A stretch of DNA of 40,760 nt. Origin: Mesotaenium endlicherianum (taxonomy: Eukaryota). Below the pieces are notes generated by a model. It did not search any database, had not been told where the DNA came from, and worked only from the letters and a program-made list of their open reading frames with translations. The position numbers were made by a program, and so were the translations under genes. How positions within the stretch are numbered: the first letter of the stretch is position 1; every line of letters starts with the position of its first letter. The stretch is taken from positions 354,088-394,847 of the forward strand of contig WELA01001035.1 in the NCBI GenBank assembly GCA_009602735.1. Direction: 5' to 3'. Positions 29,048-40,760 of the stretch are shown piece after piece.

Positions 29048-31581
29048 GTAGGTAGCTGGCTGGCGGGTATGCCGTGCCTTCAGCACTGGGAAGGGGGCCT
29101 GTGTGTCTGCATGTCTAGGAATTATGTTGATTAATTAGTTGCCAGTGTGCTGGTAGTTTTGACTTGGAAGTCTCAAGAAGTATGCTGCACGTTGATAGTG
29201 TGAATATGTACACATTCTGTGAAGCCGTTTTTGGAATCCAGTTTGCATGCAGGGCATGTAGTTGAGGTGAAAAAGCTTTTCACAATCAGAGATTATTTGG
29301 CAACAATCATCAAATCTTGCGGCTGGCGTTAGCATTCTTCTTCAAATTCGTTTTTGTGTGTACTCCTTGCAAGCGAATCAGGCGTGAAGTGAAGCAGCAA
29401 GGGAGTTTATGTCTTGTCATCCAAGCTTATGCTATAGGTGTGAAGCTGGTGCAAAGTCGTGCCCCTGAATGGGAAGTATGGTGTTGTACCATGTGCATGA
29501 ATGATACCCAACTACATGCAGTGGCCGTCTGTAAATTAAAAAAAAAAAATGCTTATGCAAGTCCATTTTCAAAAATCCATGCTCCACACAATCTGAGGGC
29601 CAGGATATACTCCGGTACACTTCAATGATCAGGCAGTGTGCCCTATTTCTTTTCTCCTACAGCAAAAAAAACAAGGAGCAAATAAAGGATGAGCTACAGA
29701 GGCCACAGGGGCTCGATAATAGTAATAACCCTATGTCAAGGGACTAGATGCGTACTACTTTATCATGCATGCACAAGCATATAAAAAAGCTGCCGCTATG
29801 AGCACTAGCCCTATATGTAACTACGGCTGGTTGTTTTCAGGATCAAACCTCGCATGTTACGAACATGCAGAAAGAGTGGGAGTAAGTGATGCAAGATGAG
29901 AGCGCAGGCAGCCCCTTAAGTAATGCCCTAGCTAGCCGGTGAGGGTCATTATCTTCAAGCCAGCTCTTATTTGAGTCACCTGCTTTGCCTACAAACCCTA
30001 CACAGTCTGCATGCATTGCAGGTCAAAAGATTTGAACTGCAACACATGAAAAATTAAGCGCAACTGAAAGCGAAAAGCCTCTAAGTAGTAACCGGTGCTG
30101 CCATCGCATGCGGTGATGCGGCCCCCCTGGCACGTGAACCTGCACGCATCTTCATGAGGTGCAAAAAAAATTACTCGCAATAGTTGCCTCATGCACCTGC
30201 CTGTCCAGCCCCCTCCTATACATCGAGACTCCAAGGCACAACACGCGTTGTACCCTGCAGGGCCTCCCTAAAAACTCTGGACCTCCCGAGCTTTCTGCTT
30301 CGGCGAAGAAACCGCACCGAGCCTCTCTGCTCCACCATCCACGGCAGCAGCACACGCGCGTCCACAGCCCCCCTCACGGGCTCAGCTCATACACCCCTCT
30401 CGCCGATCCAGAAGATGGAGAAGACGAGGAAGAAGTAGAACACGCTGCAACACGCACTTCAGATTCCGCACGGCCAGCGATATGCGTCGTCACGGCGCAC
30501 GTCGCTCCCTCTCACGCTGGCTTGCTCCTAGTCCTCCTTTCCCCCCCTCCCCTCCTTGGAAGAGCTCTGGCTTCAAAGGCCTGCTGGAGCGCTGGATCAG
30601 CCCAGGCCTGAAAAACTCCTGCAGCCCCTTTGGACATTGCCCCTCGCTCAGTCTCTTGTTCGTTGTACTTTCCATTTTAGCTATGTCACGCGCGAGCCGG
30701 GCATCAAGGCAGGATGCGCCGAGCTCCGGAAAAAGGCGGGGATGAAAACAAATCGGGGGGGGACGGGACAAGAGGAAGGGGAGGGAGAGTAAAGGTCATT
30801 ATCNNNNNNNNNNNNNNNNNNNNNNNNNNNNNNNNNNNNNNNNNNNNNNNNNNNNNNNNNNNNNNNNNNNNNNNNNNNNNNNNNNNNNNNNNNNNNNNNN
30901 NNNNNNNNNNNNNNNNNNNNNNNNNNNNNNNNNNNNNNNNNNNNNNNNNNNNNNNNNNNNNNNNNNNNNNNNNNNNNNNNNNNNNNNNNNNNNNNNNNNN
31001 NNNNNNNNNNNNNNNNNNNNNNNNNNNNNNNNNNNNNNNNNNNNNNNNGGGGGGGAGGGCCAGCGGGAGTGCAACCAGAGCTTGGCTCGCTCGGCTTGCA
31101 CGCCAAAAAAAGAGGACTAGGGGTGGTGGAGGGCTTGCCGGGAGCAAGGCTGGCATGCCAAGAGGAGCTGAGGCGGGTGATACACAAAGAGATTCAAAAT
31201 AATATCCTGCACGAGGGGGAGGGGAGCCGGACGCAGAAGAGGGGGGTGGGCTGGGATCCCATTACAGAATGTGACTCTCTGGAAGGTGGACCTCTCAGGT
31301 GCTCGCTGCCTTCATGGGGACCAGTTCAGTGCCAGCGGGCGCGTGCTGTGACCAACCGGGTGCAATGCATTGCCCCACCAGGCAGATGCATGCACCGCCG
31401 CTCGCCAGATCCAGAACCTGCGGGGAGGGCAGTAACCGCCCGGAGCTCCGGTCTCGAAGCTTGCCAGCTGGGCCACCGCGACACAGCACCGCTACGCGTT
31501 GTGCCCGTGCACGCGTGCGCCCTCCATGCGCGTGCGATCCGGCCAGGGGCGCGCGCCTCGCGGGCGCATCTCTGGGAGCCG

Positions 31582-33411
31582 TCAGATGGTCATCGTGCGA
31601 GGGTAGGGGGCGGGGGGGTCGTGGGAGGGGGAGGCGGCCTCGGTTGCTTTCTCGCTGGGCTCTGTGGCGGAGAGGTCGGCAGCAGCTTCCGCCGCCGGCT
31701 GCGCGGGGTCGTCCTCCGCGGCGAGCTGGAGCGCTGTCATGATGTCGTCGGCTGTCTGCGTGCTGCCCGGGTCCATCTGAGCACACAGGGGACGAGAGGC
31801 GTTGTTAGGGGAGGGAGGGGAGGGGAGAAAGGCAGGAGGGAGAGATCAAGGGGAGAAAGGGAGGGAGGGAGGAAGAGAAGGAGGAATGGGAGGGAAAAAG
31901 GGAGGAACAGGAGGGAGGCAGGGAGGAACGGGAGGAGAGGGGAGGGAGGCAGGCAGGCAGGACGGCGCGAAGGGGAGGGGAAGGAGAGAGAAAGCGGAAT
32001 GAGACAAAGAAAGGTGCAGGCAAAGACATATGCACAAGCGCCCCCCTGATGTGTCGCGGCGACAGAGGCTGCTCCCTCAGCAGCTGCCCACTCCTGTTCC
32101 CCAGCCGCCTGCCGGCTAGCACTTGGAATGATACCAAAAAGCGGGGTGTGTGAGTGAGTGGGGGCTGGCTACTCCAGCTGGCAATAAGCGTAACGCCGCC
32201 CTCCCAGAAGGCCCCACATGTCTCGTCGCTCCTCAGGTTTTGCCCCGTGTCTCTAGTCTAATACCCCGTCCCCCCCAGGAGGGCTGCAGGTAGAGAGGAG
32301 CGCACGGACGTGAGCTGCTAAGCTGGCGCTGGGGAAGGAGAGCAGGGGCAGGACAGGGGCAAGAAATGGAGGAAGCTAGGTGGGAGGGGCTTGGGCCAGC
32401 GGGTGGGACAGGAGAGTAGAGAGAGAGTGGGGAGAGAGTGGGAGAGTGGGGGGAGCAGGTTAAGAGTGGGAGGAAGCATGGAGAGAGAGGGGGCAGAGGG
32501 GAGGTGGGGGGGGATGGGAGNNNNNNNNNNNNNNNNNNNNNNNNNNNNNNNNNNNNNNNNNNNNNNNNNNNNNNNNNNNNNNNNNNNNNNNNNNNNNNNN
32601 NNNNNNNNNNNNNNNNNNNNNNNNNNNNNNNNNNNNNNNNNNNNNNNNNNNNNNNNNNNNNNNNNNNNNNNNNGGAGGGGGGTGAGAGGGGAGGGGGAGG
32701 GGGGTGTGTGGAGAGTGAGAGGGAGTACCGTCGTGGTGAGAACGTTGAGCACGATGCTACCAAATGTCGACACGCTGGCGTGCTCCAGGTCCAGGTGGAG
32801 CTCCCCCAGCGCCTTCATGAGAGCCGTCTGCAGGTTGGGCCGCTTCTGGCAGCGGATGGTGAGCAGCGCCTTGTTGTCGATCACACGCACCTCCACCTCA
32901 GCAGGGCTGGGCGCGGGCGGCGCTGCTGGCTCCGCGTCAAAGCTGCCTGAGCCCCCTCCTCCCTGCGGGCAATGCAGAAAACGGGACGGACGTACATGCA
33001 TGAGTTCATGCCAGGAAGGACGGGCAGATGAAACCATGCATCAGTGCATGCATGAGTACACACGTTCACGCCAGATGCATGATCTTAGACTCGTGTGCGG
33101 AAGCATGTGCACGGACACGTGTGTAGTAAAGAGCATACGTTCCACAATATAGGCAAACGCAACTACAAACAGATACATAAGTAACGGTGATCCTTCATAT
33201 GTGAACAGTAGCATGCATATACACATACACACATGTACACACTTGTGCATGACTGCCTGTGAAGCTAGAGACACACACACACGATGATGCATGCACATGT
33301 GGAGGAACACTTTAGATCTCCGCTATTCAGAGCTGCAGCAGTGAGATGGGGCCATGCTCCGCAAGCCCACAGACAGTTTTAAACAAAATCCACATGCAAG
33401 TGAGTGTGTGC

Positions 33412-33454
<43 letters not shown>

Positions 33455-35657
33455 TGCGTGTGTGTGCGTCTGTGTGTGTGTGTGTGTCTGCGTGTGTGTG
33501 CGTCTGTGTGTGTGTGTGTGCGCGTGTACGTGTGTGTGTGTGTGTGTGTGTGTGTGAGTGTGCGTGTGTGTGGGGTTGCGTGTGTGCGTATATAACAATG
33601 CATGCATTTATGTGAGTGTGTGTGTGTGCGCTGGCATACGTGAGCGCAAATGCACCCGTATACGCGTGCATTGTGTACTGCACAGCACAGGAACAAACTA
33701 AAAAGGGCAGGCGCGCGCGCACACATACAGAAGCGCACACACACGCATGTTCACCAAATGGATTTCCTGTGGTGTGGTCATCAGCGGAACAAGTGGTCGC
33801 CATCAGGACCGCTATTTTTCTATCTCTCAGAAAAGCGCTAAGCAGACCTCCCCAAACTTAGAAATCACAACATGCAGGCACGCATGCTGCTCCTGCGCAC
33901 ACAAAAGCACCAGTGTCCCCCCCCCCNNNNNNNNNNNNNNNNNNNNNNNNNNNNCCCCCCCCCCCCCTTTCTAACACATACACACGCCCTTCACACATAT
34001 GGCCGCTACCTGGGATTTGATGGTGCTGGAGACTGTGCGTGCGACGCCGACAATCGCCGCCCCCCCCGCAGCAGCCGCCCCCGCCAAGGAGGAGGGTGGG
34101 GGGTGCGTGTGCGCCGCCTCCAGCGCATGCACGCGGTTCTTGAGCTCCTTCACGTACTGCACCGCGTCGCTCAGCACGGACACCTTGTCCATCTGCACAC
34201 AAGCACATGCACACGCACGCTCACACGCCCACGTGCACACATAAGCACGCGTGCACACACGCGCGCACGCACATGTGAGGACGCGCGCGCATACGCGCAC
34301 ATGTACACATCCACGTACGCACACACGTGAGCACAGGCACGCGCATGGACACATGCACGCACACGTGAGCACGCGCTCACTTGCACATACGTGCACACAC
34401 AGACACTTACACGCGCACGCACGAGAGCACAGCCGCACGCATGGCCACATGCACGCATGCACATGCGCAGGCACACCCGCACCACAGGGGGACGTCACAC
34501 ACTAAATCGATCACAAGAAGCTAGTAGTAACTCTCTCTGCTGCTAATGACCCTGCCGCGGCCACGCACTGCTAACAAGGGCGCGCAGCAGGCACGTGGGG
34601 TGAGGCGCAGACGTGAGCTCCGGCACGACCTTATGGATACATGCAGGTGGCTATCGAGTCCCAGCTGAATGCCCAGAAGGTAAAAGGCCTTGAGAGGCCC
34701 CCCTCACTGCCCTCCGCACCCCACCCCACCCCACCCCACCCCACCCCACCCCACCCCAGCCACGCATGCATGTACAGAGAAAGACAAACACGCACGTGCG
34801 AGCACCCGCGCACATGAACTCGAGCTCATGCAGCTCACACACACGCACACACACGCACACGCACACACACAAGCAGAGACAGAGGGTCTCCGCCGGCCTG
34901 GCCCTCACGCACCTTGGTGACCTTAGGCACCACCGCCCGCAGCGCCAGGAACTGCGCGTTCAGCTTCTCTCGCCGCTTCCTCTCCGTCAAGATGTGCCCC
35001 ATGGGGTCGTGCGACCTCCCGCCGCCACCTGGAGCCCCCCTGGCGCTCAACGCCGGCACCCCCCTGGCGGTCCCCCCCGCCCTCCTGCCAAAGCTCGGCT
35101 GCTCGCTCGCCAGCGGGGCGCCAGCCCAGCTGCTCTCCCCCTCCCCCGTCTGGTCCCCCCCCTCCCCACCCACGTCAGAACCCTCCCCGTCGCTCCTGGG
35201 CGGGGACGAGATATCTCCAAGGCCGCCAAGTGTCATGCCCGCCAGGCCCCCAAGGTCCCCATCGTCTTCTCGTAGCGCAGGGAGTGGGGGAGAGGCAGGG
35301 CCAAGCTGCTGCTGGAAGGCTGCCACCCTTCTCGGCCTCTTAGCGGCGGGCCCCCCCCCACCCCCCCTGCCTCGCAGCGAAGGGAGGGCTGGCTGGCGGA
35401 AGGAGGAGCGGTTGGGCGAGGTTGATGATACCCCGAGGTCGCCGGGAGGGGGGCAGGAAGGCTCATCGTCCCCACCGCCCAAGAAGTGCCCGCTGCCAGC
35501 AGCCAGCTGGTGGAGGGTGCCGATCTCGGACTTCACGCCCGCGGCCTGTCCCAGCTGCAGCAGCTGCTGCTGGAGGTGGGGCCGGTGCTGGGGGAGGTGC
35601 TGCTGCTCCTCGCCGCCCAGCTGGTCCTGCTCGCCCTGGAGCTGGTGATGCCGCTGC

Positions 35658-35706
<49 letters not shown>

Positions 35707-35740
35707 TGTGCTGCTGGGAAGCATGGTGATGGTCGTCCTC

Positions 35741-35778
<38 letters not shown>

Positions 35779-36340
35779 ATAGGAGTTCGGCCAGCAGGGC
35801 CTGCTGCTGCAGCTGCACCTCTGCCTGGCGTGACAGGCTGACTAGCTCCGCATGCGGGAGGGAGTGCTGCCGTTGCTGCAGGCCCCCTCCTCCGCCGCCG
35901 GTGCTAAAGCTCTGCTGCTGCTGCTGCTGGAACTGAATCGCCTCTAGCATCGACCGGGCGGCAGCATGCGCCTGCTCCTCCACGCAAGCGCCCTCCTGCG
36001 GCGTGCCCCCACTGCCGCCGCCACCTGGCGCCACCCCCAGGGAAAGGCCCGCCACCAAGGACTGGGCCTGGCGCGCGTCGGCACCGCCCGGGGCCGCCAG
36101 CGTCTCCAGCGAGAGCTGCGGGAGGGAGCGCCCGCCACCCGGCCGCATGCTCTGCTGCTGCTGGTGCTGCTGCTGCTGCTGGCGCAGGGAGGGCGAGAGC
36201 GCGGAGGAGGGGGGGTCGAGCACATCGTGGAACACGGCCTCCACGTACTGCACCAGCGACGCGCTCTCCGGCACCTGCCCCCACTCACGCGGCATCACAC
36301 CGACAGCTTGGTCAGCAGCCGCATACGCACACGTGTTCGC

Positions 36341-36408
<68 letters not shown>

Positions 36409-38069
36409 NGCCCGCCAGCCAGCCAGCCCCAGGCGAGCCCCAGCGCCAGCTTCGGGTCCAGCTCGCCCGGTGCCCCGCCAGCTGAGCCCCGCCCACCTCT
36501 CAGGCCCAGCCCCAACTGACCGGCTTCATTGATGAGGGGAGGGGGGGGGGGGGAGAGAGGGAGCGTAGGTGCATAGCTGTGGTCTTAGTCAAAAAAACAT
36601 ATGTCGACTTCCATTGGCTCCTGCTGCATGCGTGTGCTAAGCTCTGGTAGCAGCGCACTGGCACAGACCACCGGAGAATCCGCAGAAATCACAAAAATGA
36701 GGGGAGGGGGATATAAATAAGCTGAAAAACAGCACAACCCCAGTATAAGCTCCAAGCACACGACCTATCATCACACGACCTATCCTGTCTTGCTCAAGCT
36801 CCCCTCCCCCTCATATTTTTTGCAATAACGGTGGCACCCGCGCTCCTGAGCTTCCTCACGCCACCACCTGGCTGGTGCGTGCAGTCCACATCGCAAGTGG
36901 CAGAGACATATCATCTGCATCATGGGAGATCCCAGAGGATGGTAAACAAGGCGGGCATGTCGAGACACCCTCCTCGTCACCAAGTGCCCGCGGCGTTAGG
37001 TAAGCGCCGTTTCAGATTCATGACACGTGTCACCAGGGTGAGCCCGTGCATACGGAGCAAGAAGACGAGGGGAGTGCTCGTCTCATGTACGGACAGCTGG
37101 CGCACTCACCAGCTCCGTGGACGCCAGCTCAACCACGCCTCCTTGCACAGGCACGCACACAATTGTCTGCACAATGGCCAGGTGGCAGAAGCCGTCCCAC
37201 CCCAACCCCAGCATGCCAGGTCAGCTCCTGCCAGATTATGACACGGAGACTTGCCTGCCCACCCACCCGCCCACTCCCCACTTGCCAGCACGCCCACCTG
37301 CCCGTCCGAAAGCTATACGATTTTAGATTCACGGCCCTGAAAGATTTTGATTCCTGACACGATCTACAACAAGCACATGACGTTTGTGTTGCACTGCGCT
37401 CATTCTCCAGCATGCTCTGACAGTCAGCTGGTGCCGTGATTGGGCAACGCTTCTCCCCACAAAACTGCTCAGAAAGAATCATCAGCCCCGCGCGCAGACA
37501 TCGTGTGCAGCAGTAGCAGTCGCATGCAAAGGGACGCGCGCGCGCACACATGCGCAAACACAAACAGCGCATGCAGCAACACCCCCCCCCTGCTGCCACA
37601 AGGCCCACACAGGCGCTGAGACAGGCACACGTCAGTCTTTTGCAGTAAACATGAGGAAGGCGAGACGACTCAGACAGATGCAACGCGGGTCCCTCCTCTG
37701 CCAGCCTGGCACTGACAGACCACAGCACCTTGCCAACGACAGCCCACCTGAATGCCACCTGGCTGCGCAAGGTTGGCTCTGGTACAGGCGGCGGTCCCCG
37801 CCTCGGCCACCCCGCAGAGCCACTCCCACCGCCCGCTCGCCGCCGTCCTTCCCGGCAGCCTGCTCGTGAGAGCGCGCGTACGCGTGCGCGTGTGCGTGCG
37901 TGCGTGCGTGCGTACGAGCGAGCGTGCATCCACGCCAGCCACAAGAGTGCCACAAAGAAGACAACCAGTGCCGCAGACAACAGTGAGTCCACTCCCCGTC
38001 AGTGATAACCTCCTTCCGGAGTGAACAGGGGCCAATGGTGCCCGGTACCAGCCTGGTAGCCTGAAGGAG

Positions 38070-38109
<40 letters not shown>

Positions 38110-39217
38110 TGTGGTGGTGTGGCTCCTCGGGGCTGTTGCATCACTCTGGAACTCATTCCTGCGAGGCAGCGAGGGGCTAAAGATTTCACAGCGCAGAACA
38201 GGCGGAAAAAAGGAGAGAAGGAGCTAGGTGCAGCAAAGAGAGGGGTGCAAAAGAGAGCGATGACGAAACAGTCGCACGGGGAGGGCAGGGCAGGAGCTGG
38301 TGCGCGAGAGCATCCCCCAAGCCGTACAACGCGCGTGCAGCGCAAGCCCGGCACACGTGCGCAACACTCCAGTCACCGAACACCAGACACCACACAGGGC
38401 ACGCACAACACACGCGATTCAGACTACATGTGGCACACACCACATACACACACACACACAATTGCAACGACGTGCTAGGCAGCCTATGCACAGAAGGAGC
38501 ACACAGCACACACGCAACAGGCACGACACTCGCGCCGACACGGGCAGAGCACAGCATACATGCCATGCGCACACAAGCTGGAGCCAGCTTTGGCAAGCAG
38601 ATGCTCTGCTGGCCCACGCGCCCGCGCTCGCACAGCGCACCAAGATTGGGACGTGAGCAAGCAAGCGCTTGCGCCCACCCCCTGCCCTCGCCCTCGCCCT
38701 CGCATTCGCACTCGCACTCGCACTCGCACACTTCAAACCACAACCACAAACTGCCTCCAGTGGCCGTGCGCGCACCCCCCGCGCTGGAGGCAGAGAGAGC
38801 GGCACGTTCTGCCCCTGCTACTCCCGCCGCTGCCGCTGCCACAGCCACTGCCGCTCCTACCGCTGCTCCTGCCACTGCCACAGCCACTGCAGCCGCTGCT
38901 CCTGCTACTGCTGCACTCACCCGGAGCCGAGGGGGAAGGCGCAGGCCATGGAGACGAGGTAGAACCACTCGGAGTCGGCAAGGTCGAAACCCGCCGCGCT
39001 CTCCAGCAGGTGCACGTGCGCAGGGTCCACGTGGTAGAACCCCGGGGAGTGCAGCTCGCGCAGTGCCTGCTCGCGCTTCTGCCGCTGCGCCAGCAGCTCA
39101 CCGGCGGGCGCCGGGGTCCCGCCCGCCGCTGACGCCCCCACGCCGGCCCCCGCCTGCTGCTGCTGCTGCTGGCGCTCGGGCGGGCCGTTGTAGCACCCGT
39201 TGCTCCACACCAAGGAC
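31582..39217 (-). CDS. Group III bHLH transcription factor with bHLH-MYC_N, bHLH and ACT-like domains (5'-partial)
   Basis: Exons 39217-38921 ([30 protein letters not shown]), 37859-37748 ([28 protein letters not shown]), 37166-37110 ([19 protein letters not shown]), 36274-34913 (polyQ region, [28 protein letters not shown]), 34192-34010 ([25 protein letters not shown]), 32962-32729 ([21 protein letters not shown]...SVS) and 31776-31582. All are in phase. The first exon (W-x-Y-x2-FW motif) was not found and is probably beyond the right edge. Confidence 0.92.
33401..33630. repeat. Long compound (TG)n microsatellite in a bHLH intron
   Basis: Directly visible. Similar (CA)n/(TG)n tracts occur at 7528-7559, 8630-8750, 9960-10060, 12575-12610, 12779-12836, 18950-19090, 20200-20250, 28637-28680, 34195-34470 and 36343-36408; (GA)n at 39768-39811. 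Confidence 0.95.
34719..34758 (-). repeat. (TGGGG)8 tract in the intron that splits the bHLH domain
   Basis: (CCCCA)8 on the + strand. Confidence 0.9.
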
Positions 39218-39766
39218 CTGCATAGCCGCGCAGGAGACAGAGACGCACGCACGAGCACGGACACGCACACGCGCGCACATGCACGGGGACACGCACACAC
39301 GCGCACACGTGCGTAGCCGCGTAGACACCAGTGAGTTGGGGGAGGTGCAAGCAAAGAGAGGGAGGGAGGGAGCGAGCGAGGATAGCACGCACGCATGTGC
39401 TGAGCTGGGCAGGGGATCAATGGGGTGAATGGTGACATGACTAGTGCGTGGGCCCACATACAGGGGTGCACGCGTACGCACGCGCATGCGTCAAAGCCTG
39501 AGCGTGTTGCACGCAAACAGACACGCACAAATGCACGCACGCTGGTGCAGCCGCTCCTGGTCGAGATAGGCTCAGATGTTGCCGGGACGCGCCGCAGAGA
39601 AACTTTTCACTCTCTCTCCCCTCTCCCTCACGCCTCTGCCCACTCCTTCGAGAGCTGTTTCATGAGCGCGCTGCACTTGACTTGGCGCTCAAGTGTGCGA
39701 CACGTGGCGAGCCTGGTGGGCCAGACTTGCAGCACCCAAGCAGAAACTCCCGCAGCAACAGCAGTC

Positions 39767-39814
<48 letters not shown>

Positions 39815-40760
39815 CAAGCAGTAACATGCAAACAATGACAAGCTGAATGGCGACACGCCCGCCCGCGATGCCGGGCAAAGAGCGAGAGACTCCAGACCCT
39901 CTGCCTTGTCGCCGTCCGTCTGCTGGCCGGACACTTGGGCAGCAGATGTGTGCAGAAGCCAGTGGGACTCGTCATGTGCACATTCGTATGCACGTCAGAA
40001 CGCACTATGCCGGATTGATCCAGGTGGCGGCGCTCTGTCATCACGCCACATGGCGGCATCATCAAAGGGCACGGGGACCTGCTATCTGGTCCCACGGCTC
40101 TGACCTTCAGACCCCTGACCCTCAGCAGCCTCGACAGGGAAATTCTAACGCGGGGGATGCAACGACCGGCTGCCGGCAGATACTGGTGCTGCTGCTGCGA
40201 CGCGCTCGCTCGCTCGCTGCGCTGATGGACTCTGCAAGAGCACCAGGTGGATGCTTTCGACAGGCTGGCTTGACGTCAGGGGCCGAGTTGATGTTCGAGC
40301 AGCCGCAAGCTTGAGCGAGGGAGGCACAGACAGAGAGTTAGAGAGAGAGAGAGAGGAGGGGAGAAGGTTTCCCACGGGCGACTTTAGAGCAGATTGGTAT
40401 CCTGCGGCGCTTTGACAGATCAACCTGCACACTTGCAGACTGATGCGGATGCACCTGGCTGCTCGATGCATCTGGACGCACGGTACGAACAGAAGCAGTG
40501 TCCCTCTCCTCCCCTCCCTCCAACTGGGAGGGCGCAGAGACGGGAGGCTGGAGGTCCTCCGCAGAGGCGGAGAGACTCCTTCCCTCCACTGAGAGCACAG
40601 TTCTGCTACCTCTCCCAGTGAGAACAGGACCCCCGGCTATCGTCTCCTCTGCAAGCCCTCGCTGACAACAGATGTCGAGACGCTCTTCCGCCACTTCTGC
40701 CACTCTTCTTGCGGGGCCCCCTACAGCAAACATAACCACCTCCCCCCCCCCCCCGCCCCC

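Noticed and set aside
30386..30444. Possible minus-strand exon TTGCAG|C GTG TTC TAC TTC... (VFYFFLVFSIFWIGERG)
   Set aside because: It lies in a degenerate (TTC/GAA)n tract that gives plausible-looking peptides in several frames, and no partner exons were found. It cannot be fully excluded because of the gap at 30804-31048.
33323..34505. HT/CV-repeat ORFs (also near 7.5, 8.4-8.8, 9.7-10.1, 12.2-13.0 and 28.5 kb)
   Set aside because: Translations of (CA)n/(TG)n microsatellites.
38186..39428. Long Ala-rich ORFs (38430-39428 +, 38186-38968 -)
   Set aside because: They derive from intronic GCN triplet and (TCGCAC)n repeats next to a bHLH exon.
39631..39663. Candidate bHLH first exon ATG AAA CAG..GAG GC|GTGAGG (MKQLSKEWAE)
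   Set aside because: The phase fits, but it lacks the expected W-x-Y-x2-FW motif. The real first exon is more likely outside the window.

Overview
Eukaryotic, intron-rich nuclear DNA from a green plant lineage. The land-plant-type NdhU and mitochondrial L9, the MYC_N-bHLH-ACT factor, microsatellite-filled introns and GTGCGT-type donors suggest a streptophyte alga, probably Zygnematophyceae (inference). Manual splicing gives ten protein genes: an ankyrin-repeat protein (-, 3'-partial), a PTRHD1-type peptidyl-tRNA hydrolase (-), mitochondrial ribosomal protein L9 (+), FKBP12 (-), a 66-aa PET117 (+, absent from the ORF track), plastid adenylosuccinate synthetase (-), an unidentified plastid membrane protein (+), plastid RPS5 (-), NDH subunit U/CRRL (+) and a group III bHLH factor (-, 5'-partial). 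Eight of the ten form four consecutive head-to-head pairs with 382-613 bp between start codons. Other points of note: GC3 rises sharply from promoter-proximal to distal exons, many 3' splice sites lack a polypyrimidine tract, a palindrome cluster and a 23-bp minisatellite lie at 2.0-3.05 kb, and the bHLH mixes MYC (IIId/e) and TT8/GL3 (IIIf) traits. I found no tRNA, rRNA, CRISPR array or intact transposon, and no clearly new multi-gene system. Most ORFs in the supplied track are shadows of repeats or of GC-rich exons.
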